Counted from the first letter of the stretch, positions 31,200 through 41,152 are shown. The stretch: DNA of 64,000 bases from an uncultured Bdellovibrionales bacterium (GCA_964505555.1 CAZDIO010000125.1:3088-67087), one strand, 5' to 3'. The notes: generated by a model not told the origin, from the sequence alone. Translations and numbers: made by a program.

Positions 31200-32167
31200 T
31201 TAATAAGATCTGAAGCGAGCATCTGCTCTACCCAAGAGATCTCTTTTTTTAGTCCTTCTGCTAAAGAGGTCTGCGGCGAAAATCCCAGTATTTTTTTAGC
31301 GAAAGTAATATCCGCACCCGTATTTCTGGCATCTCCTGCTTGTCGTCCCTGATGCTCAACGGTAATGGTTTTTCCTCCAAGCAGTTTTCCAAGCAAAGTG
31401 ATTACTTCTTGCAAACCGACGCGAGAACCACCACCGATGTTATAAACGAGCTCTCCTCCAGAGCTTTTTGCCGCAAGGATATTAGCCTCGACAATATCAT
31501 CAATGAACGTAAAATCTCTTGTCTGTGTGCCATCGCCATAGACATGAATCTTCTCTCCTTTCAAGCTTGCTCGGATAAATTTATGAAATGCCATATCAGG
31601 CCGTTGCCGTGGTCCATAGACGGTAAAATATCGAAGGCTGACAGTCGGCAGGTTAAACTCTTTGTTATAGAGCACCATCAGATGCTCTGCAGCGAGCTTT
31701 GTCACTCCATACGGACTTACTGGTTGAGGACGGATACTTTCCGCCGTTGGTAAGGTTTCAGCATTGCCGTAGACACTGGAGCTAGAAGCAAAGATGATTT
31801 TTTTTAAATGCTTACTAATGTGTGGAAGCTTTGCGCTTTCTAAAATGCGCTGCGTTGCTCGAATATTGTTCTCTGTATAGATTTGAAAATCCTCTCCCCA
31901 ACTTGCGCGCACTCCTGCCTGGGCAGCTTGATGAAATACCCAATCCACTCCTTCAAGAAGCTCCTGCATCGGTATCTCAAGCAAGTTCTCCTCCCTAAAG
32001 GAATATCTGTTATATTCCTGCGCACGTTCAATATTTTTAAGCTTTAGAGGCTTTGGATAATAGTCAAGGAAACAATCCACTCCGATAACCTCGTGACCAT
32101 CGCGCAACAATCGTTCCGAGAGAGTTGAGCCAATAAATCCCGCCGCTCCTGTTACCACACAACGCAT
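31196..32167 (-). CDS. NAD-dependent nucleotide-sugar epimerase/dehydratase (SDR extended family)
   Basis: VTGAAGFIGS Rossmann motif, a YxxxK region, and a 323-aa length. Located in the heptose cluster, so possibly an ADP-heptose or UDP-sugar epimerase. Confidence 0.7.
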   Translation of the reverse strand: MRCVVTGAAGFIGSTLSERLLRDGHEVIGVDCFLDYYPKPLKLKNIERAQEYNRYSFREENLLEIPMQELLEGVDWVFHQAAQAGVRASWGEDFQIYTENNIRATQRILESAKLPHISKHLKKIIFASSSSVYGNAETLPTAESIRPQPVSPYGVTKLAAEHLMVLYNKEFNLPTVSLRYFTVYGPRQRPDMAFHKFIRASLKGEKIHVYGDGTQTRDFTFIDDIVEANILAAKSSGGELVYNIGGGSRVGLQEVITLLGKLLGGKTITVEHQGRQAGDARNTGADITFAKKILGFSPQTSLAEGLKKEISWVEQMLASDLIK

Positions 32168-32185
32168 TCCTTTCCCCTTTTCGTC

Positions 32186-32779
32186 TTAGCGATTCCCTGT
32201 TTGCTTTTTCTCTTTACGAAGCATCTCATTTATATACTCTACTGCTTCTTTTAGATCTTCTTTTACAACCATTGTATCTTTATTCTCAACAAGCTGTAAT
32301 TGTTCATCTCCAGAGCCGGTACGCACCAACACTCTCTGCGAAGAAGGAATTCCAATATTTGCTCCAAACTCTAGATCCCGTAACTTATCTCCAATGACCC
32401 AACTTCGTTGTGGATTAAACTTCCACATCTTTTTAATTTGAACAGCAAGCCCTGGGAGGGGTTTGCGACAATCGCAATTCTCCTCGGGGGCGTGCGGACA
32501 ATAAAAAACCCCATCTATTGTCGCATTCGGATCTTCTTCTAAGAGTTGTCTCAGAATTTCATCATTTGTCGCATCTACATCCGCCCGTGTGCCATATCCC
32601 CTCCCCACTGCAGACTGATTGGACACAATCACGGTAAGAAACCCTAACTGCTTCATCTGAGAGACCGCTTTCGAAACCCCTTCAATGAGCTCCACATGTT
32701 GTGGTGAACATACATACCCCCGATCGACATTGAGCGTGCCATCGCGATCGAGAAATATCACCGACACCTCTCCTCTCAT
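32186..32779 (-). CDS. gmhB: D,D-heptose 1,7-bisphosphate phosphatase (HAD family)
   Basis: HAD motif I FLDRDGTLN, and the Cys cluster CPHAPEENCDCRKP typical of GmhB. Confidence 0.8.
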   Translation of the reverse strand: MRGEVSVIFLDRDGTLNVDRGYVCSPQHVELIEGVSKAVSQMKQLGFLTVIVSNQSAVGRGYGTRADVDATNDEILRQLLEEDPNATIDGVFYCPHAPEENCDCRKPLPGLAVQIKKMWKFNPQRSWVIGDKLRDLEFGANIGIPSSQRVLVRTGSGDEQLQLVENKDTMVVKEDLKEAVEYINEMLRKEKKQTGNR

Positions 32780-32913
32780 CAGGAAGACTCTCCGATTTCC
32801 TTATTAACTGACAATGCGTAAAAATACAGGAATATACGAAATTTTGCTAGCACTCGAATAGGGCTTGCTAAAAACAAGCCCCAATCAAAAACAGCAAGAA
32901 AAGAGGAGACGAA

Positions 32914-34014
32914 TTACGCGGCAAACAAATTAAGCTGGAGTGGAGTTCCTGTCGTTACCTGCTTTGGGAGAAGTAACTTCTGTGGAGCAAGAATTTTTAG
33001 CGCGTAATAGAGATTTCGATAACTATGTGGTCGTAGCATTCGCAGTTGCTTATCAACAACAAGCTTCTGAGCCACCGGAAGATGCTTCAACTTCAGCTCA
33101 TCTTCCACTCTTCCCGCCGAAAGAGCGCCAAATGTAATATAATCACTATGTGCATCAAGAAGCTCAGCAAACTCCCAAGCATCGCGGGTAATCTCTCCAT
33201 AGGGGAGAATTGGTGATACGACGAAATTTACTTTAATCCCCTGTTGGCGGAGTCCATCCGCTGCAATCATCCGCTCAGTAATGCTTGGTTGCCCTGGGGT
33301 ATAACGATTCACAACACTATCGAGTCGAGTTTCTACATGCAACGCTACTACTGCTTTTGTTCCCAAAGCACGTAAAGTTGGAAGCCCCGCTATCACGAGT
33401 GGTGAACGGGTTTGAATCACCAACAAACCAGGTCGGTACCGCTCAAGGAGAGCAAGGCAATTCATTGTTACATTAAACTTTTTTGGAAATGAAAAGAACG
33501 GATCCGTAGTTATTCCAAAATAGATCACACTCGATTCCAGTTTTCCTTGTTCATGGAGTTGAGAAAGTCTTTTCTCAAGCGCCTCTTCATAATGCTCCTT
33601 ATAAAGGAAGTACCTTCCGGTCGGGAGGAGATAATCTCTCGTATCTCGAAACCGTAAGTGAAACTGGCTTGGTTGAAATCCGTGAAGCGCGTTTTCCTCA
33701 CCTTCAGATTGAGTTGTTACTTGGGAAGATCCACTTCCCAAATGAGAGGAAAACGTCACACCATTTGGATACGCGTTTAAGGTGTAAATGTGTGTCGCGT
33801 TATCATGCCACGTCCGCACGAGTTCTTCCGCCCCAGGGTTAAAATAAAAATCATCTCCCAAGCTATGGGTATCTCTCACTTGAGGAATTTTCGTTCCTGA
33901 ACTACCCCCCCCGTCAATGGGGGTATGTAATTCTATCAGGGCAGATTTTGCGTTATCTTCTCGAATCTTTAGTTGTTTCATATAGCCTCGTAAAACGCTA
34001 ACGTTTACAACCAC
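32914..34014 (-). CDS. Unknown-function protein, paralog of 34930..35796. Possibly an SPL/COG1533-like fold without radical-SAM cysteines.
   Basis: 366 aa. Shares conserved blocks with the 288-aa paralog (FG…DPF, IQ(T/S)RSPL, NRYTP…ER…A). It has a single Cys and no CxxxCxxC. Confidence 0.45.
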   Translation of the reverse strand: MVVNVSVLRGYMKQLKIREDNAKSALIELHTPIDGGGSSGTKIPQVRDTHSLGDDFYFNPGAEELVRTWHDNATHIYTLNAYPNGVTFSSHLGSGSSQVTTQSEGEENALHGFQPSQFHLRFRDTRDYLLPTGRYFLYKEHYEEALEKRLSQLHEQGKLESSVIYFGITTDPFFSFPKKFNVTMNCLALLERYRPGLLVIQTRSPLVIAGLPTLRALGTKAVVALHVETRLDSVVNRYTPGQPSITERMIAADGLRQQGIKVNFVVSPILPYGEITRDAWEFAELLDAHSDYITFGALSAGRVEDELKLKHLPVAQKLVVDKQLRMLRPHSYRNLYYALKILAPQKLLLPKQVTTGTPLQLNLFAA

Positions 34015-34269
34015 ATCCCCTATTTGTCCCCATTATACAGCTTCACCAATACTAGTTCAACCCACTTAAAGCAATTTGTGTATGATCTAGATTAGTTTCA
34101 ACTTTGGATTTCATTAAAGATTATTAATAACCTGCCGATATACATGTGATTGACAAGCTATTGCCTCATCAAAACGCTGAAAGATTTTATTTTAGCGACA
34201 GGCACATAGGTTTTTTGGAGGTTTGATGCTCCGATTGGCCAATATATAAAAGATGAAAAGGTAGGCACC

Positions 34270-34452
34270 ATGAAAGAAGCACTTCGTAAACTAAAAGAAA
34301 AAAAGACAGAGCAAAATGAACAGGGGTCCATTGAGCTTATTGTTATCGGCCTTCTTGCAGCGTTGATTATTGTTCTTGCAATTCCACTCTTAAAAGATAC
34401 TGGTTCAAAAACAGCATCTGCACTCTCGTCTCTAAACGGACAGATGACATAA
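34270..34452 (+). CDS. Small pilin-like membrane peptide (Flp/type IV pilin-like), paralog 1
   Basis: 60 aa. A charged leader MKEALRKLKEKKTEQNEQG is followed by SIELIVIGLLAALIIVLAIPLL, a single TM, and a short polar tail. It resembles a prepilin leader plus hydrophobic N-terminal helix. Confidence 0.45.
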   Translation: MKEALRKLKEKKTEQNEQGSIELIVIGLLAALIIVLAIPLLKDTGSKTASALSSLNGQMT

Positions 34453-34591
34453 GATTGTGTTGCTTAGGAACTAGGTTGAGAGAACCTCCTCTTCAGAGCG
34501 CTGTATTATATACTTAATATTGACTCTTATAGTGTAGACACTCAACCTTTTTCCAAACTTGCATAGTGCTCTTTGGCTGGAACAACTTACA

Positions 34592-34768
34592 ATGCGCGTT
34601 AAAGCGCTGGGGCAGAAAATGAAAAAAGAAACAAATGAACGTGGTTCGATAGAAATTATCGTTATCGGACTGCTTGCAGCGTTGGTGATCGTCCTTGCTA
34701 TTCCGTTATTAAAAGATACCGGATCAAAAACGGCGAGCTCACTTTCCTCGATGAACGCCATATACTAA
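34592..34768 (+). CDS. Small pilin-like membrane peptide, paralog 2
   Basis: MRVKALGQKMKKETNERGSIEIIVIGLLAALVIVLAIPLLKDTGSKTASSLSSMNAIY is near-identical to paralog 1 in the core. The ORF track extends it to a TTG at 34559, but the ATG at 34592 aligns with paralog 1. Confidence 0.45.
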   Translation: MRVKALGQKMKKETNERGSIEIIVIGLLAALVIVLAIPLLKDTGSKTASSLSSMNAIY

Positions 34769-34929
34769 TTCTAGCATGTAAAACATGCTTCTTCTTGAGG
34801 GCTTGGTCACAAAATATCGCTCTTATGCGATAGAAAAACCGTAGTTTAAGTTTCCTGAACCAACTTCTTTCCTCTTGAATCTAATCGAGAGGATGAATGA
34901 AATAGGGTTAACAACAACTACGGTTTTTT

Positions 34930-35796
34930 ATGGCCACACTCCACACTGCTCGTACTGGAAAATTTTCCCTTTTAATTGCCGACATCATCGGTGGAGATCT
35001 GCATTTACAAAAAAAACTGCTCGCTCTTGATACTCAGCAACTACCCCTTCTCCTCCCCCAACTTCCCCTATTTTTACCTGATACTCGTTGTTCCGGTTCA
35101 ATTCAAAAATCGAGAGGTACAACGTTTCGCCGTTCGCTAGGAAAACTGACCGATGAACTTTCAAGACACCATTCAGCAAATACGATCATTCTCTTTGGAG
35201 CAATGAGCGATCCTTTCTCACCTTTTGAGAATGCTTTCGATCTCGCTCTGAAAGTCACCGAGTCATTTGCACGCTTTCTTCCAAAAAAACTTTTTATCCA
35301 ATCACGATCTCCTTTGCTCTCACTTCTTTTTCCAATCTTGAAATCTCTTGGAAAAAGGGTCTGCATAACTATGGCCCTTGAGACAAACAATCAAGATATC
35401 GCGGACCGCTACACACCGCACTTACCACTGGTTGCTGAAAGAATTGAAACAGCAAAATTGCTCCGTTCTTTAGAGGTTGATATGCTTCTTCAAGTTGCAC
35501 CACTCTTGCCCTTAAGCGACGCAGCAAACGCTGCATCACAATTTGCAACTATCTTACGAGAAACAAGCACCTCAATGTATGTAAAGCCTCTTGCCTGGTT
35601 TTTAAGCCGAGTACTAAGCACAAATTGCTACAAAACTCTCTCGCTTCAAACTGCCCGCATGAATGCAAACGATCCTTACACCAAACACGCCTCCACTCTT
35701 CTTATCGAAGAACTCAAAGCCACTGCTTCAAACCAGTTACTGTATCGCTCCCTTCCTCCTCAACTGCCTCTACGAACAGAGCCGGTAAGAATCTAA
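34930..35796 (+). CDS. Unknown-function protein, paralog of 32914..34014
   Basis: 288 aa. Blocks ILFGAMSDPF, LFIQSRSPLL and DRYTPHLPLVAERIETA align with the 366-aa paralog. Confidence 0.45.
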   Translation: MATLHTARTGKFSLLIADIIGGDLHLQKKLLALDTQQLPLLLPQLPLFLPDTRCSGSIQKSRGTTFRRSLGKLTDELSRHHSANTIILFGAMSDPFSPFENAFDLALKVTESFARFLPKKLFIQSRSPLLSLLFPILKSLGKRVCITMALETNNQDIADRYTPHLPLVAERIETAKLLRSLEVDMLLQVAPLLPLSDAANAASQFATILRETSTSMYVKPLAWFLSRVLSTNCYKTLSLQTARMNANDPYTKHASTLLIEELKATASNQLLYRSLPPQLPLRTEPVRI

Positions 35797-35871
35797 AGAT
35801 TACCCGCTCCTTGTAAGCATGTTATTGATAGTTGCCCACCGAAGTTCTTTTGGTTACTATTTCCTGTAATA

Positions 35872-36951
35872 ATGAAAACCTTAATTTTGTTTGTAGTTTT
35901 TTTATTGCTGCTTGGATGCGCTCCCCAGCGTCCCCCTCTTCCACCTGGCGTTGTCCCTGAAGCACGACCCGTTACGGCCTCGGAAGAACAATATGGCCAC
36001 CAAGTCTTAAGTGCGTTAAGCGAGCAATATCCTCTCGATTATAATCATCCTCGTTTTGATGCGGTGATTGAAGTTGTTGATAAACTCACCAGCGCTGCCC
36101 AAGCGGATAAAGATCCCTGGCACGTGTACCTTTTTGACGCTCCTCGTATAAAAAATGCTGCGGCAACCAGAGGAAACCACGTTTTTGTTTGGTCAGGCCT
36201 TCTTAACTTTACCAAAGATGACACCGAACTCGCCACGATCCTCGCTCATGAAATTGCCCACGTACTTGCTGGTCATACCGATCCTGATCCCAACGAAGAG
36301 ATTAAAAAACTTCTTATCAACATCGGTGCTGTTGCCGTGGGAGTCGCCGCTTCACGAACAACGGGGAATCCCTATACGGCTCAAAATCTAGGAAATATCG
36401 CTTCCTCTCTCACTTCGGAGGTAGGAAAAGGAATTCTCATCAACCCCTATTCCCGTGAACGTGAACTTGAAGCAGATCAGATCGGTTTATTTATGATGGC
36501 TGATGCAAAATTTGATCCTGAAGTGGCGATTAAGTTTTGGCACCGTGTTCAAAATGATCCTGATTTTGGAGGAACGCTCTCTTTTTTCTCATCTCATCCT
36601 CCTCCTGCAGATAGGCTTTCTAAACTACAATCGCTTCTCCCTCAGGCAAGAGCGCGCTTTCAAGGGCTTACTCCAAAACTCTCCTCTCTCGATCCTCGCA
36701 CTCCTCTTCGAAGTAACACCCGCGATACTTTTAACTGGTCTGGCACCTCAAATAATCTCCGTGAGAATAAATCCTTTCGGGTGGCATCAAATCGGGCCAT
36801 CCTTTATGAAAAACCATCTACGGGAAGTAAAAAGATCGGAGAATTTGCCCCTGGGGCAGAGATCATAGGAAGAGAGGTCAATTCAGATTTTGTGGAGATC
36901 TCCTCACCCGATCACGGCTATCTCCAACGACAACTTCTTGTGCCAAAATAA
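35872..36951 (+). CDS. M48-family zinc metalloprotease (lipoprotein-like) with a C-terminal SH3b-like domain
   Basis: HEIAHVLAGH (HExxH) plus a downstream E. The signal peptide has Cys (LLLGCAP). The C-terminal ~60 aa (EFAPGAEIIGRE…FVEI) look like SH3b. Confidence 0.7.
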   Translation: MKTLILFVVFLLLLGCAPQRPPLPPGVVPEARPVTASEEQYGHQVLSALSEQYPLDYNHPRFDAVIEVVDKLTSAAQADKDPWHVYLFDAPRIKNAAATRGNHVFVWSGLLNFTKDDTELATILAHEIAHVLAGHTDPDPNEEIKKLLINIGAVAVGVAASRTTGNPYTAQNLGNIASSLTSEVGKGILINPYSRERELEADQIGLFMMADAKFDPEVAIKFWHRVQNDPDFGGTLSFFSSHPPPADRLSKLQSLLPQARARFQGLTPKLSSLDPRTPLRSNTRDTFNWSGTSNNLRENKSFRVASNRAILYEKPSTGSKKIGEFAPGAEIIGREVNSDFVEISSPDHGYLQRQLLVPK

Positions 36952-36990
36952 TATCTCCTCTTACACTTGAAAGAATTCTTAATTCAGTAT

Positions 36991-38679
36991 TTATTCTTCT
37001 CGAGGCAGCGTAAAGAAAAAGGTTGATCCCTTCCCCGGCTCTGAGTCCACCCAGATCTGACCACCATATCGCTCCACAATGCGCTGACAGATTGCTAAAC
37101 CAATGCCCGTACTCTCCTGTCGTTGACGATCCACTCGTTTAAATATTGAAAATATCTCTCTCTGAAACTCCTTGTGAATACCGATACCATTATCTTTAAT
37201 AGCAAACATCCAATGCCCCTTCTTACGCTCTGCTGAAATCTGCACCCGGGGAGGAGGTGCCTCACGATATCGAATCGCATTCACTAATAAATTTTGAAGA
37301 AGCTGCACAAGATGCGCTTTATGCATCCTTACTGCAGGAAGAGCTCCAAAACCGATCTCCGCTCCATTTTCCTTAATCAACGCCTGAAGATTCAACATCA
37401 CTTCTTCAAGCGCAGTGGTCGTTTCCACAACAGAAGAATTCTCAATATCTGCCGCTGCACGAGCATAGGTAAGCAGGTCTTTTAACAATTTTGACATTCG
37501 CTTTGTCCCCGCAACAATCTGCTGCAGAAATTCTTTGGCTTCACTGCTTAGCTCCGAATGATACTTTTTGTGAAGAAGTTCAGCATAGATCGTTACCATC
37601 CGTAACGGCTCCTGAAGGTCGTGACTGGCCGCATAGGCAAATTGCTGAAGAGCTGCATTTGATCGTATAAGTTCTGCGCTCTGAATTTCTAGTTTTTCTT
37701 CTGCTTTCTTACGAGCAATGATATCCGCCTCCAAAAACCGAAGCGTACTCTCTTGCTCCTCCTCCGCAAGACGCCTTTGGAAAATACTTGCTGCTAACAC
37801 CATTCCCACAACAGAAAGTGTCGCCACAAACGACTGCAAAAGGAGCAGTGACTCATTCGGATGCACGTTAGAAAACGGCCCCATCACATTGAGAGTTCCA
37901 ATAATAGCTATGCTGGAGATCGACAATGTTACTATCGCAACTTCGCGATGACTAAATCGCACCGCAGCCCAAACAATGATCGGGATACAGAGAAACTCTA
38001 GGGGATATCGCTTGTTTGATGGAAACATCAGTTCACCAAAACAAGCAAAACTAACAAAAAGTAAAACACAAAAAAGCATTATCCCCTCAAGCGCCTGCCA
38101 GCGATTCCAGGGAATTATCTTCGTCCTTATGAATGAGATAATAACGGGACTTACAATTAAAATTCCACTTGCATCTCCAAGCCACCACGTAAGCCAGATT
38201 CCTTGCCAATCACTCCATGCCGCATACCCACCAAGCTCAAGACTCGTTAATCCCACACTTGCACTAATCATCGGAGCGAGTGCCGCCCCAAAAACTACAA
38301 AACGAAAAATGTCACCAGGTCGTTCAAGAAAAGTTTCGCCCCGTGCATAGCGACGAATCAGAAAGACTCCGAGCACTGCTTCAAGGGTATTACCAAGAGC
38401 AATTCCCGTTGAGCTTAAAATTGCAGCGCCACTGATTTCATCAAGTGCAGTAATTTTGGCAATCGTGGTAATATTGACAAGAAATGCTCCGAAAAACACT
38501 GCCCACGAGGAGCGATAGCCATAGAGCAATACCACAGCAAGCGCAATCCCACTCGGAGGCCACACTGGGGAGACGCTGCCATGGCGAAACGCCATAGCTA
38601 AACCAAGTCTTCCCGCTAAAAAATACGTGGCAGTAAGAAGAAAAAAGCGCACAACTTGCTCACGTCCTCGGACGCTCAT
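36991..38679 (-). CDS. Sensor histidine kinase with an N-terminal MASE1 membrane sensor domain
   Basis: About 8 TMs with the MASE1 signature (PVWPPSGIALAVVLL…VFFGAFLVN). Then a coiled coil, HisKA (ASHDLQEPLRM) and HATPase (GTGIGLAICQRIVERYGG). Confidence 0.75.
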   Translation of the reverse strand: MSVRGREQVVRFFLLTATYFLAGRLGLAMAFRHGSVSPVWPPSGIALAVVLLYGYRSSWAVFFGAFLVNITTIAKITALDEISGAAILSSTGIALGNTLEAVLGVFLIRRYARGETFLERPGDIFRFVVFGAALAPMISASVGLTSLELGGYAAWSDWQGIWLTWWLGDASGILIVSPVIISFIRTKIIPWNRWQALEGIMLFCVLLFVSFACFGELMFPSNKRYPLEFLCIPIIVWAAVRFSHREVAIVTLSISSIAIIGTLNVMGPFSNVHPNESLLLLQSFVATLSVVGMVLAASIFQRRLAEEEQESTLRFLEADIIARKKAEEKLEIQSAELIRSNAALQQFAYAASHDLQEPLRMVTIYAELLHKKYHSELSSEAKEFLQQIVAGTKRMSKLLKDLLTYARAAADIENSSVVETTTALEEVMLNLQALIKENGAEIGFGALPAVRMHKAHLVQLLQNLLVNAIRYREAPPPRVQISAERKKGHWMFAIKDNGIGIHKEFQREIFSIFKRVDRQRQESTGIGLAICQRIVERYGGQIWVDSEPGKGSTFFFTLPREE

Positions 38680-39812
38680 GAAGTCAGCGTTTCACCATCT
38701 GTCCGCATTGTTTGGAAAGAATCCTCCTCTAATGCTAACAGTTGAATTAAATCCTTGGCTACCCAAGGCTTTTCTAAGTAGTGATCGACCCTTTCACTAT
38801 CAAAACTTGCTTCCCGACCATTCCTACTTGTTCCAACTACTATAATTCCTGGGCGCGCACTTCGTATCTCGTTGATAAAGTTCCTTGTCTCCTCACCAGC
38901 AACCTCATAATCAATGACGACAATAAGAATGTCAGAATCTCTCGTAAGAAGTTGAATCGCCTCCTCACAGGTCGTTGCCGCATGACAAGCACAACCAATT
39001 CGTCGAAAAGACTCAACGATAATTCGACGTGATAATTGTTGATTGTCAACCACGAGAAGATGAACCAAAGATGGCCATGTATAATCACTGCGAACAGACT
39101 CTCCGACCAATAACCTCACAATCGGTGAGCGTTGATAGAGGGCGTGACGTTTTTCAAGAATAAAAAGAAATCGCGACCTCGATTCCGGCCATTCCCGAAG
39201 TCGCACACTCCAGGTAACAAATGAATCAGAAAGAGGAAGCAGATCACACCAATTCTGTGCAGCATTTTCAATAAGCTCAAGTGCTTTCGGGCCGAAAATT
39301 CTCTGCACAGTTTGAGGAAGGATCTTCATTCCCAAATCAGCACACAACTGCTCCATATGAGGATTCATGTACAATACCCTCCCCTGCTCATCAATTTCAA
39401 TCACACCTACAGGATCTAATAGGTCTAGTGGTCCATCAGCGACAGTCTGTGGAAGAGCCTCCGCCTCTCGAGCAATTCGTTTAATTTGTTCTGCAGAAAA
39501 CGGTTTATCAAGAAATGAATACGCATTTTTTGCATCAGCTTCAAAGCGCAGATCCCGAGACCCGAACCCCGAAATCAATACAACTTGAATGGCTGGATTG
39601 ACAATTCTCATCACATCAACAAGAGTAAGCCCATTGATTGAATCTTTTAACATCCAATCAACGATCAACATCTCCGGCTTTTCACGTAATCCAAGATCAA
39701 TGGCGCTATAGCTGTCAACGGCCGTAAAAACGGTATGGCCTTCTCTGCTCAAAATCAGCTCCAGCTCCTCACGATAATCTTTTTCATCATCAATGATTAG
39801 TATGGTGGCCAT
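38676..39812 (-). CDS. REC-PAS-REC dual-receiver signalling protein
   Basis: N-terminal receiver (ILIIDDE…LIVDWML), a central PAS-like segment, and a C-terminal second receiver (LLVVDNQQ…VVIDYEV). Overlaps the HK start by 4 nt. Confidence 0.65.
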   Translation of the reverse strand: MATILIIDDEKDYREELELILSREGHTVFTAVDSYSAIDLGLREKPEMLIVDWMLKDSINGLTLVDVMRIVNPAIQVVLISGFGSRDLRFEADAKNAYSFLDKPFSAEQIKRIAREAEALPQTVADGPLDLLDPVGVIEIDEQGRVLYMNPHMEQLCADLGMKILPQTVQRIFGPKALELIENAAQNWCDLLPLSDSFVTWSVRLREWPESRSRFLFILEKRHALYQRSPIVRLLVGESVRSDYTWPSLVHLLVVDNQQLSRRIIVESFRRIGCACHAATTCEEAIQLLTRDSDILIVVIDYEVAGEETRNFINEIRSARPGIIVVGTSRNGREASFDSERVDHYLEKPWVAKDLIQLLALEEDSFQTMRTDGETLTS

Positions 39813-41104
39813 GTTCTTGTATCTCCATCGCTTTTTTGCATCCCGAGCTTATCTCGATTTGCCATCTCATCTTTAGGTTGCATAAGCGGAAGATGAATCA
39901 CCACTTTTGTACCTACTCCCAGGGTACTTTCCACCTCTATCGTACCACCGTGATCAATGATAATTCCATGTGCAATACTCAACCCTAAGCCAGTTCCACC
40001 GTTTCGTTGCCTCGTTGTGTAAAAAGGATCAAAGATATGCTTTAATGCCTCTTCAGCTATTCCAGCTCCATTATCTTCAACCGTAATCATCGCTTGTTTA
40101 TTATTTTCTTGAATATCGACAACGACTCGACAACCCCCCACTCCAGACTCTAAAGCATTTCGAAAGAGATTGACAAATACCTGCTCCATTTCCAGGGGAT
40201 TAAGAACAACTTGAAGCGGTTTGATGGAGGAGTTGATCATGAAAGAGCCTTTTGATCGCTCATCAGAGTCATAGAGGAGTTGCAGAGCACTTTCAATGAC
40301 CGAAGTTACATTGTGTGGCCATTTTTCTGTGCTCTGCTGCCGTGAAAATTGGAGAATTCCTTTAACGATCAAAGCACACCGTTTGGCATTATTTGTCACT
40401 TTCTGACAGGTTCTAGAAAGTAACTCCGAAAGCTCCTCTTTGGATTTGCAATCGTTCTTCATTTCCTGTGCATTTTGTGCAATGAGCAAAATAGCGCCAA
40501 CAGGATTGTTAATCTCATGAGCAATACCTGCAGAGAGCGCACCAATTGATGCCATTCTTTCAGACTGTCGAAGCTTTTCTTGTGATGCGGCTAGCTCCTG
40601 GGTTCGCTCCACAACAAGCTTCTCAAGGTGATCTCGGTATCGAGTGATCTCATTTTTTGCATGTTTACGCTGAATGGCATAACGAATTGACCGCAAAAGC
40701 AGTGAACTACTCATCTCTCCCTTTACTAGATAATCCTGAGCGCCTTCATTGATAGTAGTAACCCCAAGCGCCTCATCTTCAAGACCTGTGAGCACAATAA
40801 TTGGCACCTCAGGAAGATGACGAAAGAGTATTCTAAATGTTTCTAAGTGCTTGCTATCAGGAAGAGTAAGATCAAGAAGCGCCACATCAACTTTGTGCTG
40901 TAAAGCATGGTCGAGTGCCGTTGACAATCTTTCACAATGCGTTAGGTCGAAGGCAGATCCGATCCGAAGAGTCGCTTCCGGGTCAGAAAGCATCTCGCGG
41001 ATATATAAACTATCTGCTGGATTATCCTCTATGAGTAAAACGTTAATTACATCCATCACGGGCGTTCCGTATAAAACGAATGGTACCTTGGAGATCAACG
41101 TCAA
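39797..41104 (-). CDS. Hybrid response-regulator/histidine kinase (REC-HisKA-HATPase)
   Basis: Receiver (VLLIEDNPAD…ALLDLTLPD), HisKA (IAHEINNPV) and HATPase (GTGLGLSIAHGIIIDHGG). Confidence 0.75.
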   Translation of the reverse strand: MTLISKVPFVLYGTPVMDVINVLLIEDNPADSLYIREMLSDPEATLRIGSAFDLTHCERLSTALDHALQHKVDVALLDLTLPDSKHLETFRILFRHLPEVPIIVLTGLEDEALGVTTINEGAQDYLVKGEMSSSLLLRSIRYAIQRKHAKNEITRYRDHLEKLVVERTQELAASQEKLRQSERMASIGALSAGIAHEINNPVGAILLIAQNAQEMKNDCKSKEELSELLSRTCQKVTNNAKRCALIVKGILQFSRQQSTEKWPHNVTSVIESALQLLYDSDERSKGSFMINSSIKPLQVVLNPLEMEQVFVNLFRNALESGVGGCRVVVDIQENNKQAMITVEDNGAGIAEEALKHIFDPFYTTRQRNGGTGLGLSIAHGIIIDHGGTIEVESTLGVGTKVVIHLPLMQPKDEMANRDKLGMQKSDGDTRTWPPY

Positions 41105-41152
41105 AAGACAGTCATAGTTCCTTATCTTCAGAAGGAAGGCAAGATTCCCTTA

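Noticed and set aside
32914-36951. Tad/Flp pilus secretion locus
   Set aside because: Only the pilin-like peptides are present. No CpaA/TadV peptidase, CpaF/TadA ATPase, secretin or TadBC genes are in the window, so I do not call a Tad locus.
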